Source: an uncultured Oscillospiraceae bacterium
Lineage (GTDB): Bacteria > Bacillota > Clostridia > Oscillospirales > Oscillospiraceae
Length of the DNA: 55,676 nucleotides
Assembly (NCBI GenBank): GCA_944383205.1
Contig: CALWOR010000001.1
Span: 1-55,676 of the forward strand
Direction: 5' to 3'
Below, piece after piece: positions 19,222 to 27,778 of the stretch (the stretch's first letter is position 1; every line of letters starts with the position of its first letter). The translations under genes and the position numbers were made by a program. The notes beneath the pieces are model-generated. The model ran no database searches. It was not told the origin of the DNA and saw nothing but the letters and a program-made list of their open reading frames with translations.

Positions 19222-19377
19222 TCAGTTCAAAAATAATTCCAGTACCACGGGCTGTGTGGGGACCGGCGGCTGGACTGAATCAGTGCTCCATGTCATTTCC
19301 TGGGCGCAGGCGGCCAGCAGCGCCAGAGCCAGGGCAAGGGCGCACAGGGCTGTTTTGAAGGTTTCTATCATCACCAT
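19222..19377 (-). CDS. Small lipoprotein (51 aa), absent from the ORF track
   Basis: AAAGGAG RBS; MVMIETFKTALCALALALALLAAC-AQEMTWSTDSVQPPVPTQPVVLELFLN*; lipobox LAAC; lies between the promoter and bceA. Confidence 0.65.
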   Translation of the reverse strand: MVMIETFKTALCALALALALLAACAQEMTWSTDSVQPPVPTQPVVLELFLN

Positions 19378-19414
19378 TCACTCCTTTGGGGAAAGCTCCC
19401 TCGAACTGTATGGA

Positions 19415-19481
19415 AGCATAGCATACAGTTCCCATCTTTCCTCTAAAGGAATTTTAAGGATTTGATTAAGGTTTTCTTAAA
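19415..19481 (-). promoter_or_regulatory. Putative response-regulator-activated promoter of the lipoprotein-bceAB operon
   Basis: Minus-strand repeats TTTAAG/CTTAAT/CTTAAA/TTTAGA at 11-12 bp spacing, followed by extended -10 TGcTATGCT. Confidence 0.55.
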
Positions 19482-19570
19482 CCGCCCTAAAAAAAGAGAA
19501 CTTCAATTTAGTTCGATTTCCAGGCGGCCATTTCCTTTGGTCGTTTCCATCTCTGAGTAGATGATCTGCG

Positions 19571-19697
19571 GAAAAAGAGAAGCCCTGGCGGTTACCCGCC
19601 AGGGCTCAGAGAATAAGGAGGAAAAAGAGAATCCGGCTCATTGGTGAAATCACCGTATATACAAAGGAGGTAGAAGGGACTGCCGCCGTCCTCTTCC
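19571..19697 (-). ncRNA. Candidate small RNA with two anti-Shine-Dalgarno tracts
   Basis: 5' hairpin, CTACCTCCTTT and TTCCTCCTT tracts, terminator AGCCCTGGCGG-GTAA-CCGCCAGGGCT-TCTCTTTTT; no ORF found; 5' end approximate. Confidence 0.5.
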
Positions 19698-19702
19698 ACT
19701 CC

Positions 19703-19728
19703 ATTCTATGTCTATCTTCAGGTAAGGT
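19703..19728 (-). promoter_or_regulatory. sigK/sigE-like promoter
   Basis: AC-N16-CATAGAAT on the minus strand. Confidence 0.45.
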
Positions 19729-20003
19729 TACAATAAAAAGAGCCACAGGGCCCAACCTGCAGAGGCGGTGACTGCTCCCGCAGCCGCCCAGACTGCTCCC
19801 GGTAGCCGTTCCAGCCGCCGGTTCCAGGCCTTCCCCCGCTTCAGGTATCCGTCGGCCGCTTGCCGAGCCTCCTTCAGCACACGCTCGGCGCTGACGCCTT
19901 CCCGGGCCAGAGCCTCCTCCTTCACAATAAAAATGGCCTCCTCAAAGAGCCTGGGATCAGGAGACTTCACCAGGATCACCTGCCGGGTAATCCCCTTCAC
20001 CAT
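19728..20003 (-). CDS. Small membrane-anchored hypothetical protein
   Basis: MVKGITRQVILVKSPDPRLFEEAIFIVKE...C-terminal TM helix; RBS AGGAAGGA before ATG 20003. Confidence 0.8.
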   Translation of the reverse strand: MVKGITRQVILVKSPDPRLFEEAIFIVKEEALAREGVSAERVLKEARQAADGYLKRGKAWNRRLERLPGAVWAAAGAVTASAGWALWLFLL

Positions 20004-20046
20004 ATGAACCACATCCTTCCTGGGACTTGTATCCAAGTGTTACAGG

Positions 20047-20076
20047 TAGTCTGTCCCATTTTTTCCCGGTATATTC
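20047..20076 (-). promoter_or_regulatory. sigF/sigG-type forespore promoter
   Basis: GAATA-N15-GGACAGACTA. Confidence 0.6.
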
Positions 20077-20220
20077 AACCTTGTTCCCGCACTACACTAT
20101 GAAGCGGGAAAGAAGGGAGTGACCGCTGTGTCGTCTGATTTTCGGAGACGATTTTTCTGGTTTTTGGTGGTATACGGGGCAAATCTGGCCATTGTCTTTT
20201 TATTTCAGGCATTTTGGTAG

Positions 20221-21111
20221 TCAGCTGAGCAGCAGCTCCAGCTCTTCCACGGTCATTCCCGGCTGAAGGGCCAGATTGATGCCGTATCCGATGACCTTGG
20301 CCAGATCGGCCACCTGGCTGTCAATGTCTTTTGGGGTGACCAGCAGCCTCCGCCCGCGGTCCAGGTCAGGCAGATCCTCTGTTCCCAGCAGGTCGGCGGC
20401 CAGAGTGGCCCCATCTACCACAGTGGGCACCCCAATGGCCATCACAGGGATGCCCAGGGTCTCTCGGTTGAGGCCCAGGCGGTGATTGCCCACCCCAGAG
20501 CCCGGTGTAATCCCCGTGTCCGCGAGCTGAATGGTACGGCACAGCCGCTCCACTGACCGGGAGGCCAGAGCATCCACTGCAATGACACAGGCGGGACGGA
20601 TCGTTTCACAAACGGCCCGCACGACTTCGCCGCTCTCTACTCCGGTGCTGCCCAGCACTTCCGCGGCCAGGGAGGCCACAGGCCGGAGCGTACCGAAGTG
20701 CTCGGGGACCTGCTCTACCAGATGTCGGGTCACCAAGGTATGCTCATGGACCTTGGGACCCACGGCGTCTGGCGTGATGGAGCGGTTTCCAAGTCCGGCA
20801 ACCAGAACAAGGGCGTGGGGAGGTACCTCTTTCATCAGTTCAAAGAGTTCCCCGGCCACTGCCTGGATGGAGCGGTTAAAAATATCCTCCTCCCGACCGG
20901 CAAGTCCCTCTACCGTCAGGGTCACATAGCAGCCCTGGGGCTTACCCAGAGCCTTTTCTCCGGCCTGGTCCAGAATCCGGACCGTGGTGACCGGAAGGCC
21001 ATCCCGGAGGCCCTCCCTGGCCTCTACGCCGGAGAGCCTGGCGGCAGCTCCCGCGCTCTCCTGCCAGAGCTCCCTGGCCTCCAGCGCCAGATCGGTGCGT
21101 CTGATGCCCAT
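20221..21111 (-). CDS. gpr: Germination protease GPR
   Basis: RTDLALEA, LVAGLGNRSITPDAVGP, IAVDALA, TGITPGSGVGNHR, IGVPTVVD, LVTPKDID; divergent from rpsT as in other Firmicutes; start after GGGAGG. Confidence 0.96.
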   Translation of the reverse strand: MGIRRTDLALEARELWQESAGAAARLSGVEAREGLRDGLPVTTVRILDQAGEKALGKPQGCYVTLTVEGLAGREEDIFNRSIQAVAGELFELMKEVPPHALVLVAGLGNRSITPDAVGPKVHEHTLVTRHLVEQVPEHFGTLRPVASLAAEVLGSTGVESGEVVRAVCETIRPACVIAVDALASRSVERLCRTIQLADTGITPGSGVGNHRLGLNRETLGIPVMAIGVPTVVDGATLAADLLGTEDLPDLDRGRRLLVTPKDIDSQVADLAKVIGYGINLALQPGMTVEELELLLS

Positions 21112-21220
21112 AGTGTTCCCTCCCAAATCCCATATCTTGTGGTACTCCGTATTGATCTCTTCTATTTTTTGCGTCCCAAAGAAAACTATCCCGGGCGTAA
21201 AAAATTTTTGAAAAAAACTG

Positions 21221-21249
21221 TTGATTTTTTCTGGAACCAATGGTAAAAT
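21221..21249 (+). promoter_or_regulatory. sigmaA promoter of rpsT
   Basis: TTGATT-N17-TAAAAT with TG extension. Confidence 0.75.
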
Positions 21250-21310
21250 ACAAATCTGCACAGGCGCATTGCGCCTAATTTAACGATGAAAATCGGAGGA
21301 GGTGTTTGGT

Positions 21311-21574
21311 TTGCCGAATATTAAGTCTGCCAAGAAGCGCGTGCTGGTGTCCGAGACCAAGGCTGCGCAGAACAAGGCCGCGAAGTCCGCGCTGAAGACC
21401 GACATCAAGAAGTTTGAGGCCGCGGTGGCGGAAGGCAACCGCAGCGAGGCCGATGTCGCTTACAAGGTGGCCGTCAAGGCTGTGGATAAGGCCGCTGCTA
21501 AGGGTCTGCTGCACAAGAACAATGCCGCCAACAAGAAGAGCAATATGACCATCAAGCTGAACAAGCTGGCCTGA
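21311..21574 (+). CDS. rpsT: 30S ribosomal protein S20
   Basis: TTG start after GGAGGAGGTG; MPNIKSAKKR...DKAAAKGLLHKNNAANKKS. Confidence 0.98.
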   Translation: MPNIKSAKKRVLVSETKAAQNKAAKSALKTDIKKFEAAVAEGNRSEADVAYKVAVKAVDKAAAKGLLHKNNAANKKSNMTIKLNKLA

Positions 21575-21590
21575 TTATATTGATCGCGTG

Positions 21591-21620
21591 GAAAGCCGTC
21601 TGTTGTCAGACGGCTTTTTT
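21591..21620 (+). terminator. rpsT terminator
   Basis: AAAGCCGTCTG / CAGACGGCTTT followed by T's. Confidence 0.9.
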
Positions 21621-21665
21621 CGTTGTCCTTTGACAGGATTTTCTCTCCTTTTCTCTCTGGATTTC

Positions 21666-21834
21666 TGGTATAATATCAACAGTGCCGCACAATGTGCGGC
21701 AGGGTACTGTGTACCCGGGCGTTTGTATGCAAAACGCTGCTATTGATATTACACCATAGCCAAAATCGGCTGCGCCGATTTTACGCCGCGTCTGCGGCAT
21801 GCAAGTCTTCGTGGACTTCGGCTATGGTATAATA
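21666..21834. repeat. 169-bp multi-hairpin palindromic element (REP/MITE-like)
   Basis: Three related arms (forward, reverse, forward), six short internal hairpins, 10-bp direct repeat TGGTATAATA at both ends. Confidence 0.7.
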
Positions 21835-21869
21835 ACAGGTAGTGCCTGTGGCGGAAGGAGGGTGTACCG

Positions 21870-22733
21870 GTGAAAAGAATACTTGACTTTCCTCCGGTCT
21901 CCTTTGTGCTGGAGACGGCAGATCTCTATGGGAGGGTGGGAGTATCCCGTTCGGCGGCGGCGCTGTCCTACTTTCTGATTTTGACCCTTTTTCCTCTGCT
22001 GGTGTGTGTCAACTACTTTATCGGTCTGTTTCACCTGGATTTGGAGCATTTTCTCCGCTCTCTGGATCAGTTTCTGCCCTCTGGTGTGCTGGCCGTCATG
22101 TCCGACTATCTCTCTTATGTGGCGGTGATCCAGTCTCCCGCCCTGCTGCTGGCCAGCCTGTTTACCATTCTTATCTCCGCTTCGGCGGGGCTGCGTACCC
22201 TGCTGATGTCCATGGATCAGCTCTATGAGCGGGAAGATATCCATCCCTTCCGCCGCCTGGTTGCCAGTATCATTTTGTCCCTGCTGTTTCTGCTCACCGT
22301 CTACCTCTCGGTCATTGTCATTTTTACCGGCGACTGGTTTTTCAGCCTGCTGCAGTCTCACCTGCCGGAGTATATCATTCGCCTGCTCCCTTTGGATTCC
22401 CTGTCCGATTTGTGGATCTGGCTTCGGTATCTGCTGCTTTTTTGCTTTGTGATGCTGCTGGTGCTGATCGTCTACCGTACCGGCACGCCCAGGGGTGAGG
22501 TGAGGCGGGCGGTGGTGCTGCTCTCCTCCCTGCTGGCCTCCCTGGCCATTGTCGCCGCCTCGGCGCTGTTCTCCTGGTTTATCGGTATCTCCTCCCGATA
22601 TGCCCTGGTGTACGGGTCTCTGGCATCTCTGATAATTTTACTGGTCTGGCTCTACCTGTGCTGTACCATCCTGTTGATGGGGGCTGTTATGGGAAGGGTG
22701 ATCAGCCTGCGGATGCTGCATGCAAATGAATAA
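21870..22733 (+). CDS. YihY/virulence factor BrkB family membrane protein
   Basis: SAAALSYFLILTLFP, YALVYGSLASLIILLVWLYL..ILLMGA. Confidence 0.92.
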   Translation: MKRILDFPPVSFVLETADLYGRVGVSRSAAALSYFLILTLFPLLVCVNYFIGLFHLDLEHFLRSLDQFLPSGVLAVMSDYLSYVAVIQSPALLLASLFTILISASAGLRTLLMSMDQLYEREDIHPFRRLVASIILSLLFLLTVYLSVIVIFTGDWFFSLLQSHLPEYIIRLLPLDSLSDLWIWLRYLLLFCFVMLLVLIVYRTGTPRGEVRRAVVLLSSLLASLAIVAASALFSWFIGISSRYALVYGSLASLIILLVWLYLCCTILLMGAVMGRVISLRMLHANE

Positions 22734-22740
22734 AAGATCC

Positions 22741-22771
22741 GGGCCTTGGGAATCTCCTCAAGGCCCTTTTT
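22741..22771 (+). terminator. Terminator after yihY
   Basis: GGGCCTTG / CAAGGCCC stem followed by TTTTT. Confidence 0.8.
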
Positions 22772-22865
22772 CTGCCTTTTCTTCTGGGGAAAAATGTGTT
22801 ATCTTAATCATAAGCACAGGCTCAGGCTATGTTGCCCCGACAAAGCATAAGCTGAGGTGGTATTC

Positions 22866-25800
22866 GTGAATGATAAACTGATTCGTCAACTGAACCGAGA
22901 GATTATAGAGGCCCTTGTCTCTCGAAAATTTACCGCCGTTTCCAGCCGCAGGGCGGCCATGGCGCTGACCAAAACGCCCGGCTGGTCCGAGGGGCTGGCA
23001 TCCTTCTTCCCCATTCGGGAGCGCCTCAGCTGTACCAAGGTGCTGCAGTTGTGTACGCCTATTATGGACAGACTCTGCCCTCAGCCGCCTCAGCAGGGGT
23101 GGGGTCCCTTCTGCTATCAGTATATCTGCCGCATCATGTTCCCGCAGAATGGATTTGCTCCCGAAGCCGATCAATGTGAGGCGGGAGCCAGATTTTATCT
23201 CACCGTCCTTCAGGTACTGTTGGACCATGAGCGCGCCGCTTTGCCCTTTGACCCCATGATGGATTTTCAGTTCCTCTCAGAGGAGGAGTATTCCTCCTAT
23301 GATATGGCCCGGGAGTACCGCCGCTTCCTCTGGGCCTGGCGAGAGGAGTTTATCTATGAGCTTATGCGCCTTGGGCTGGAGGTCACTCCATTCAAGACGC
23401 TCAGTCACATTTCCGGTGTCCATTATATTGCCATGACAGCCGCCCACGGTCTGAAAGAAGCGGGGGTGGAGGTGGACCTGGCCCTTATTTCGGCTGCCGC
23501 TGCGGCACACGACATCGGAAAATTCGGCTGCCGGCCGGGAGAACGGGTGCCCTATCTCCACTATTACTACACCGACCAGTGGTTGCTGGAGCGGAAAATG
23601 GACTCTATCAGCCACATTGCCTCCAACCACTCCACCTGGGATCTGGAGCTGGAATCCCTGTCTGTGGAGTCGCTGCTGCTCATCTACGCGGACTTTCGTT
23701 CCAAGCAGGAGCGGGACAAGGACGGCAACGAGATCACCATCCTCTTTCCACTGGACGAATCTTTCCAGGTGATCCTTTCCAAACTGGACAATGTGGACGC
23801 AAAAAAGCGCCGCCGCTATGAATTTGTCTATGGAAAGCTCCATGACTTTGAGGACTATATGCGCTCCCTCGGGGTTGATGTGGATTTGACAGGTCAGCTT
23901 CAGCCTCCTGTCCCACATAAGGATACCGCACTGATGAATCCTCAGGAGACGCTGAACAGCCTGATTCTCCTGTCTGTGGAGCACAATCTGCAGTTGATGC
24001 ACATGCTGTCCAACGAGCAGAAATTCGGCAATATCATTGAAGAGGCCCGCTCGGTGAAGAGCTGGCAGCAGCTGAGAGCTTATCTCAATGTGTTCGAAGA
24101 ATACTTCACCTATCTGTCCGTGCGTCAGAAGACCCAGGCGCTCACCTTCCTCTATGAGCTTTTGATGCACCGTGAGGGCGATATCCGCCGTCAGGCCGGC
24201 GCCCTTATCGGCCAGATCATCGCCCGCTTCCACTTGGTCTACCGGAAGGAGATCCCAGCGGATGCCCAGAGCGACCCGGCGGAGGAGGTCCCCTTCACCC
24301 TGTGGGGACAGTATCTGGACATGATCATCTTCCCCGATCACAAGACCACCCAGCAGCAGCGCAGTCATATCGGCTACACCTTGAAGCTGGTGGTGGAATC
24401 CATGCTGCTTCACGCCCGACCGGGAGATATTCCCCGTTTTTTGGGAGCGCTGCTGAAATATTACGATGACCCTGAGCATACTGATGCGGACACCGCCTTC
24501 ACCCTGCTGGACGCGGCCTGTTACCTGCCGCCGAAGCACTACGGAGAGGACACCCGGGAGAAGCTGATCCGGTTTGCCGCCCACTTTGCCGGCTCCGACG
24601 ACCTGCGCCTGACCACCGCTGCCCTTCAGTTTTTGCGGGAGACCGAGCGCAATATCCCCCGTTCCCATCCCCAGATGGCCCGGATTGTGGAGATTGCACG
24701 GAATGTCAAGGGCAATGAGCTGACCACCGTCTTTTTGAAAAGCAAGATCCTGCGCCGGGCAGGCCAGGATGTGAGCGACCTGGAGCAAATCCTGTACCAT
24801 ACGGACATTACCAGCGAAGTCTTTCTGGACAATCTGAAGATCGCCACCCCCTGGATCGTCAAGGTTGCGGGCGTGGATCTGCTCCGTGATCAGGTAGACC
24901 ACGGGGCCCAGTCCCATATTCTCCACATTGCCACCCACTTCTCCAACCTGGTTAAGGTGTCTGAGCGGGTAGTGGTCCGTCATACCGCCGGTTCCGCCCT
25001 GGTGCGTACCCTCATTTCCCTGCGCCGGGATCAGCGCAACGAGGTGGTGGTGGAGCTGGGCAAGGGCCTGGAGATGGGTCAGTATCAGATTTCCAAATAC
25101 ATTCCCCAGTACCTGGGGGAGGCGGCGCTCTACCTCCACCCCAGTGAGCTGGATGAGCAGGTGCTGTGGCTTAAATCCCTTCTGGGGTCCCCAAACAACT
25201 CTGCTGTGGCCGGAGCCCTGAATACGGTGGGGATCCTGCTTCAGCACTATCCTGCCTACCGCGAGCGTTTTTCTGAGGATACCGCTGCCTATGAGGCCCG
25301 CCGCCAGGAACTGCTGGGGCTGCTTCTCCAGGGGTTGGCGCACTACCGGGAGGCGGTGCGACAGGAGGCTCTGCTGGTTATTGGCAAACTCCTTTTCAGC
25401 ACGCCCCAGCTGGATATGCAGGAAAAAGCCCGGCTGTTCTCTCTGTGCTACCGTAAGCTTCTCTTCCTGATTCAGGAGTCCCCCCGTCAGGACGGACTTA
25501 CCTTCTTTTACCGGGCTGCCGCTCTGGCCCACATCAACCGGTTTATTGCCCTGCGGCGCCTGGACCACGGTCCCTTCGCTTTTGAGACACCCCGGAAAAT
25601 TGCCTTTTTCCCGGGTACCTTTGACCCCTTTACCCTCTCCCACAAGGGGATTGTCCACGCCATTCGGGATATGGGCTTTGAGGTATATCTGGCTGTGGAT
25701 GAGTTTTCCTGGTCCAAAAAGGCCCAGCCTCACCTGATCCGCCGACAGATCGTCAATATGTCCGTGGCCGGAGATTTCCATATTCACCTCTTCCCCGACG

Positions 25801-27659
25801 ATATCCCGGTGAATATTGCAAACCCCGCCAATCTGCGTCGGCTGCTGGAGCTGTTCCCCGGGCAGGAGGTCTATATCGTGGTGGGCAGTGATGTGGTGGC
25901 CAATGCTTCCTCCTACCAGGCCCCCTCCCGGCCCTACTCCATCCACCGGATGAACCACATTATTTTCCGCCGGGCGGGAGAGCGGGAGCTTCCCCGGGAT
26001 CTGCCCATTACCGGAGATGTGATCCGCCTCCAGCTGCCCTCTCACCTGAAAGATATCAGCTCCACCCGTATCAGAGAAAATGTGGATCTGAACCGGGATA
26101 TCTCCAGCTTTGTGGACCCGGTGATTCAGGATTATATCTATCAAAACGGTCTGTATCTCCGGGACAGTCAGAACAAGCCGATGCTGGACGCGGGCGAGCT
26201 GGAATTTCAGTGGCTGGGGGCCCCTGACCCCATGCTGCTGGAGAGCATTACCGCCGGGCAGGATAACCGGGAGGTGCTCCGTTCCGCCATTGCCCAGCAG
26301 GGAGATAATGTTCTTCTGCTGCGCCACAGCCACTCCCACTCTCTGCTGGGATATATCAGCTATCGCTCCCTTACCACCTCCCAGCTGTTTGCAGCCCTGG
26401 GGAATACCGAGCTGGCCAATCGGATCCGTCTGCGGGCCTCGGGCAAGGTGCTGATGGTCACCTCTCTGGCCGCCGATACCTCCGACCGGCACAAGGATTA
26501 CCACCAGCTGCTCCTCTGTGAGCTGCTGGCCAAGGCCTTGGAGGAGGGCTGCGTCTATGCCATCTATGCTCCCTATGACGGGCATATTGCGCCCTTTATG
26601 GAGGATGTGCTTTTCCGCTTTGGATTTACAGCCCGGGAGCAGCACGGCTCCATTCTGGAGACGGATATGCACGCCCCCACCGTCCTTATTCAGAATCTGG
26701 AGACCACCATTCAGGACCCCCTCAACCGAAACCCCAGGGTCCTGTCCGCCGTGGTGCGGGGACACCGGCGTATCCAGAATGCGCTGGCCCAGCTCTACCC
26801 CGGTTCCCTGCTGCTTACTCTGTCCGCCGATGTAATCCACCAGCGGCTGCTGGAAAAAATCACCGCTTACAATGGGGTGCCCTCCGTCCCCACCTCCCCC
26901 AGAGTGCTGGGTGAGAGTATGTGTGTTCCCTACGGAAAGCTCCTGCGGGGAAAAATGGTTCCCAACACCGTGACCAAGACCATCCATACCGACAAGGTCT
27001 TCTCCCCCGATCTGTCCGAGAGCGTCATGGAGCCCTTCCCCTACTACGCCCCTATTTCCAGCCAGATCCGTACCATCAAGTCCTTCGACCGGCCGGTCAT
27101 TCTGGTGGATGACCTGATGCACCCCGGCTTCCGTTTTAAAGCCCTGGATCCTATTTTCCGCCGAGAGGGAGTTCCCATCCGTATGGTGCTGGTGGGCGTT
27201 TTGTCCGGCTACGGCAAGGACCTGATGAATGCCTGGGAGCGCCCGGTGGACAGCGTCTACTACCTGCCCACCCTGCGGCAGTGGTTTGTGGAGTCCACCC
27301 TCTTCCCCTTCATCGGGGGCAACACCGTCCGGCGGCCAAGCCCTCCGGTACCCGGATTGCTGCCCGGCATTAACCATATTCTGCCCTACGCCACCCCCGC
27401 CTACCGGGAGGAGTGTGGTCGGGAGGCGGTGTTCCAGCTGTCCAGGGCCTGCCTGGAGAGTTCGCTGGATGTGATCCGCACCTTGGAACAGGAGTATCGC
27501 ATCCTCTATGGCCGGAACCTGACCTTGTCCCGCCTGGCCGAGGCAGTCATCCTGCCCCTGTGTCCGGACAAGGGCACCTGCCTCCACTATGATCCCAATC
27601 TGTCCGCCTCTGTCTACCTGGAAAATGATCTGGAACAGCTGCTGCGGCAGAATCAATAG
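22866..27659 (+). CDS. Large multidomain protein: HD phosphohydrolase + alpha-helical repeats + NadD-like nucleotidyltransferase + GNAT-like + PRTase-like
   Basis: H...AHDIGK...H...NH...YAD (HD); FPGTFDPFTLSH, VGSD, DISSTRIRE (HIGH-family NTase); VILVDDLMHPG (PRPP loop); GTG 22866 after GAGGTG (alternative start 22857). Confidence 0.85.
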   Translation: MNDKLIRQLNREIIEALVSRKFTAVSSRRAAMALTKTPGWSEGLASFFPIRERLSCTKVLQLCTPIMDRLCPQPPQQGWGPFCYQYICRIMFPQNGFAPEADQCEAGARFYLTVLQVLLDHERAALPFDPMMDFQFLSEEEYSSYDMAREYRRFLWAWREEFIYELMRLGLEVTPFKTLSHISGVHYIAMTAAHGLKEAGVEVDLALISAAAAAHDIGKFGCRPGERVPYLHYYYTDQWLLERKMDSISHIASNHSTWDLELESLSVESLLLIYADFRSKQERDKDGNEITILFPLDESFQVILSKLDNVDAKKRRRYEFVYGKLHDFEDYMRSLGVDVDLTGQLQPPVPHKDTALMNPQETLNSLILLSVEHNLQLMHMLSNEQKFGNIIEEARSVKSWQQLRAYLNVFEEYFTYLSVRQKTQALTFLYELLMHREGDIRRQAGALIGQIIARFHLVYRKEIPADAQSDPAEEVPFTLWGQYLDMIIFPDHKTTQQQRSHIGYTLKLVVESMLLHARPGDIPRFLGALLKYYDDPEHTDADTAFTLLDAACYLPPKHYGEDTREKLIRFAAHFAGSDDLRLTTAALQFLRETERNIPRSHPQMARIVEIARNVKGNELTTVFLKSKILRRAGQDVSDLEQILYHTDITSEVFLDNLKIATPWIVKVAGVDLLRDQVDHGAQSHILHIATHFSNLVKVSERVVVRHTAGSALVRTLISLRRDQRNEVVVELGKGLEMGQYQISKYIPQYLGEAALYLHPSELDEQVLWLKSLLGSPNNSAVAGALNTVGILLQHYPAYRERFSEDTAAYEARRQELLGLLLQGLAHYREAVRQEALLVIGKLLFSTPQLDMQEKARLFSLCYRKLLFLIQESPRQDGLTFFYRAAALAHINRFIALRRLDHGPFAFETPRKIAFFPGTFDPFTLSHKGIVHAIRDMGFEVYLAVDEFSWSKKAQPHLIRRQIVNMSVAGDFHIHLFPDDIPVNIANPANLRRLLELFPGQEVYIVVGSDVVANASSYQAPSRPYSIHRMNHIIFRRAGERELPRDLPITGDVIRLQLPSHLKDISSTRIRENVDLNRDISSFVDPVIQDYIYQNGLYLRDSQNKPMLDAGELEFQWLGAPDPMLLESITAGQDNREVLRSAIAQQGDNVLLLRHSHSHSLLGYISYRSLTTSQLFAALGNTELANRIRLRASGKVLMVTSLAADTSDRHKDYHQLLLCELLAKALEEGCVYAIYAPYDGHIAPFMEDVLFRFGFTAREQHGSILETDMHAPTVLIQNLETTIQDPLNRNPRVLSAVVRGHRRIQNALAQLYPGSLLLTLSADVIHQRLLEKITAYNGVPSVPTSPRVLGESMCVPYGKLLRGKMVPNTVTKTIHTDKVFSPDLSESVMEPFPYYAPISSQIRTIKSFDRPVILVDDLMHPGFRFKALDPIFRREGVPIRMVLVGVLSGYGKDLMNAWERPVDSVYYLPTLRQWFVESTLFPFIGGNTVRRPSPPVPGLLPGINHILPYATPAYREECGREAVFQLSRACLESSLDVIRTLEQEYRILYGRNLTLSRLAEAVILPLCPDKGTCLHYDPNLSASVYLENDLEQLLRQNQ

Positions 27660-27778
27660 AAGGGTCGGCGGACTTAGATCCCCGGCCGCGAGGGAACCGA
27701 GGCGTGACAATAAAGAAGCGCAGAATTCCCGCGCAGGGGAGCTAAGGACAGAAATTCAATACTTGGAGTGATATTCTG

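Noticed and set aside
21163-21191. sigF promoter for gpr (GGATA-N14-GCAAAAAATA, minus strand)
   Set aside because: Biologically expected, but the spacing is one base short and the match is weak, so it is not listed as a feature
23277-27710. 1477-aa antisense ORF opposite the giant gene
   Set aside because: Shadow frame expected from GC-rich codon bias; no recognisable motifs, while the plus-strand protein has several clear domains
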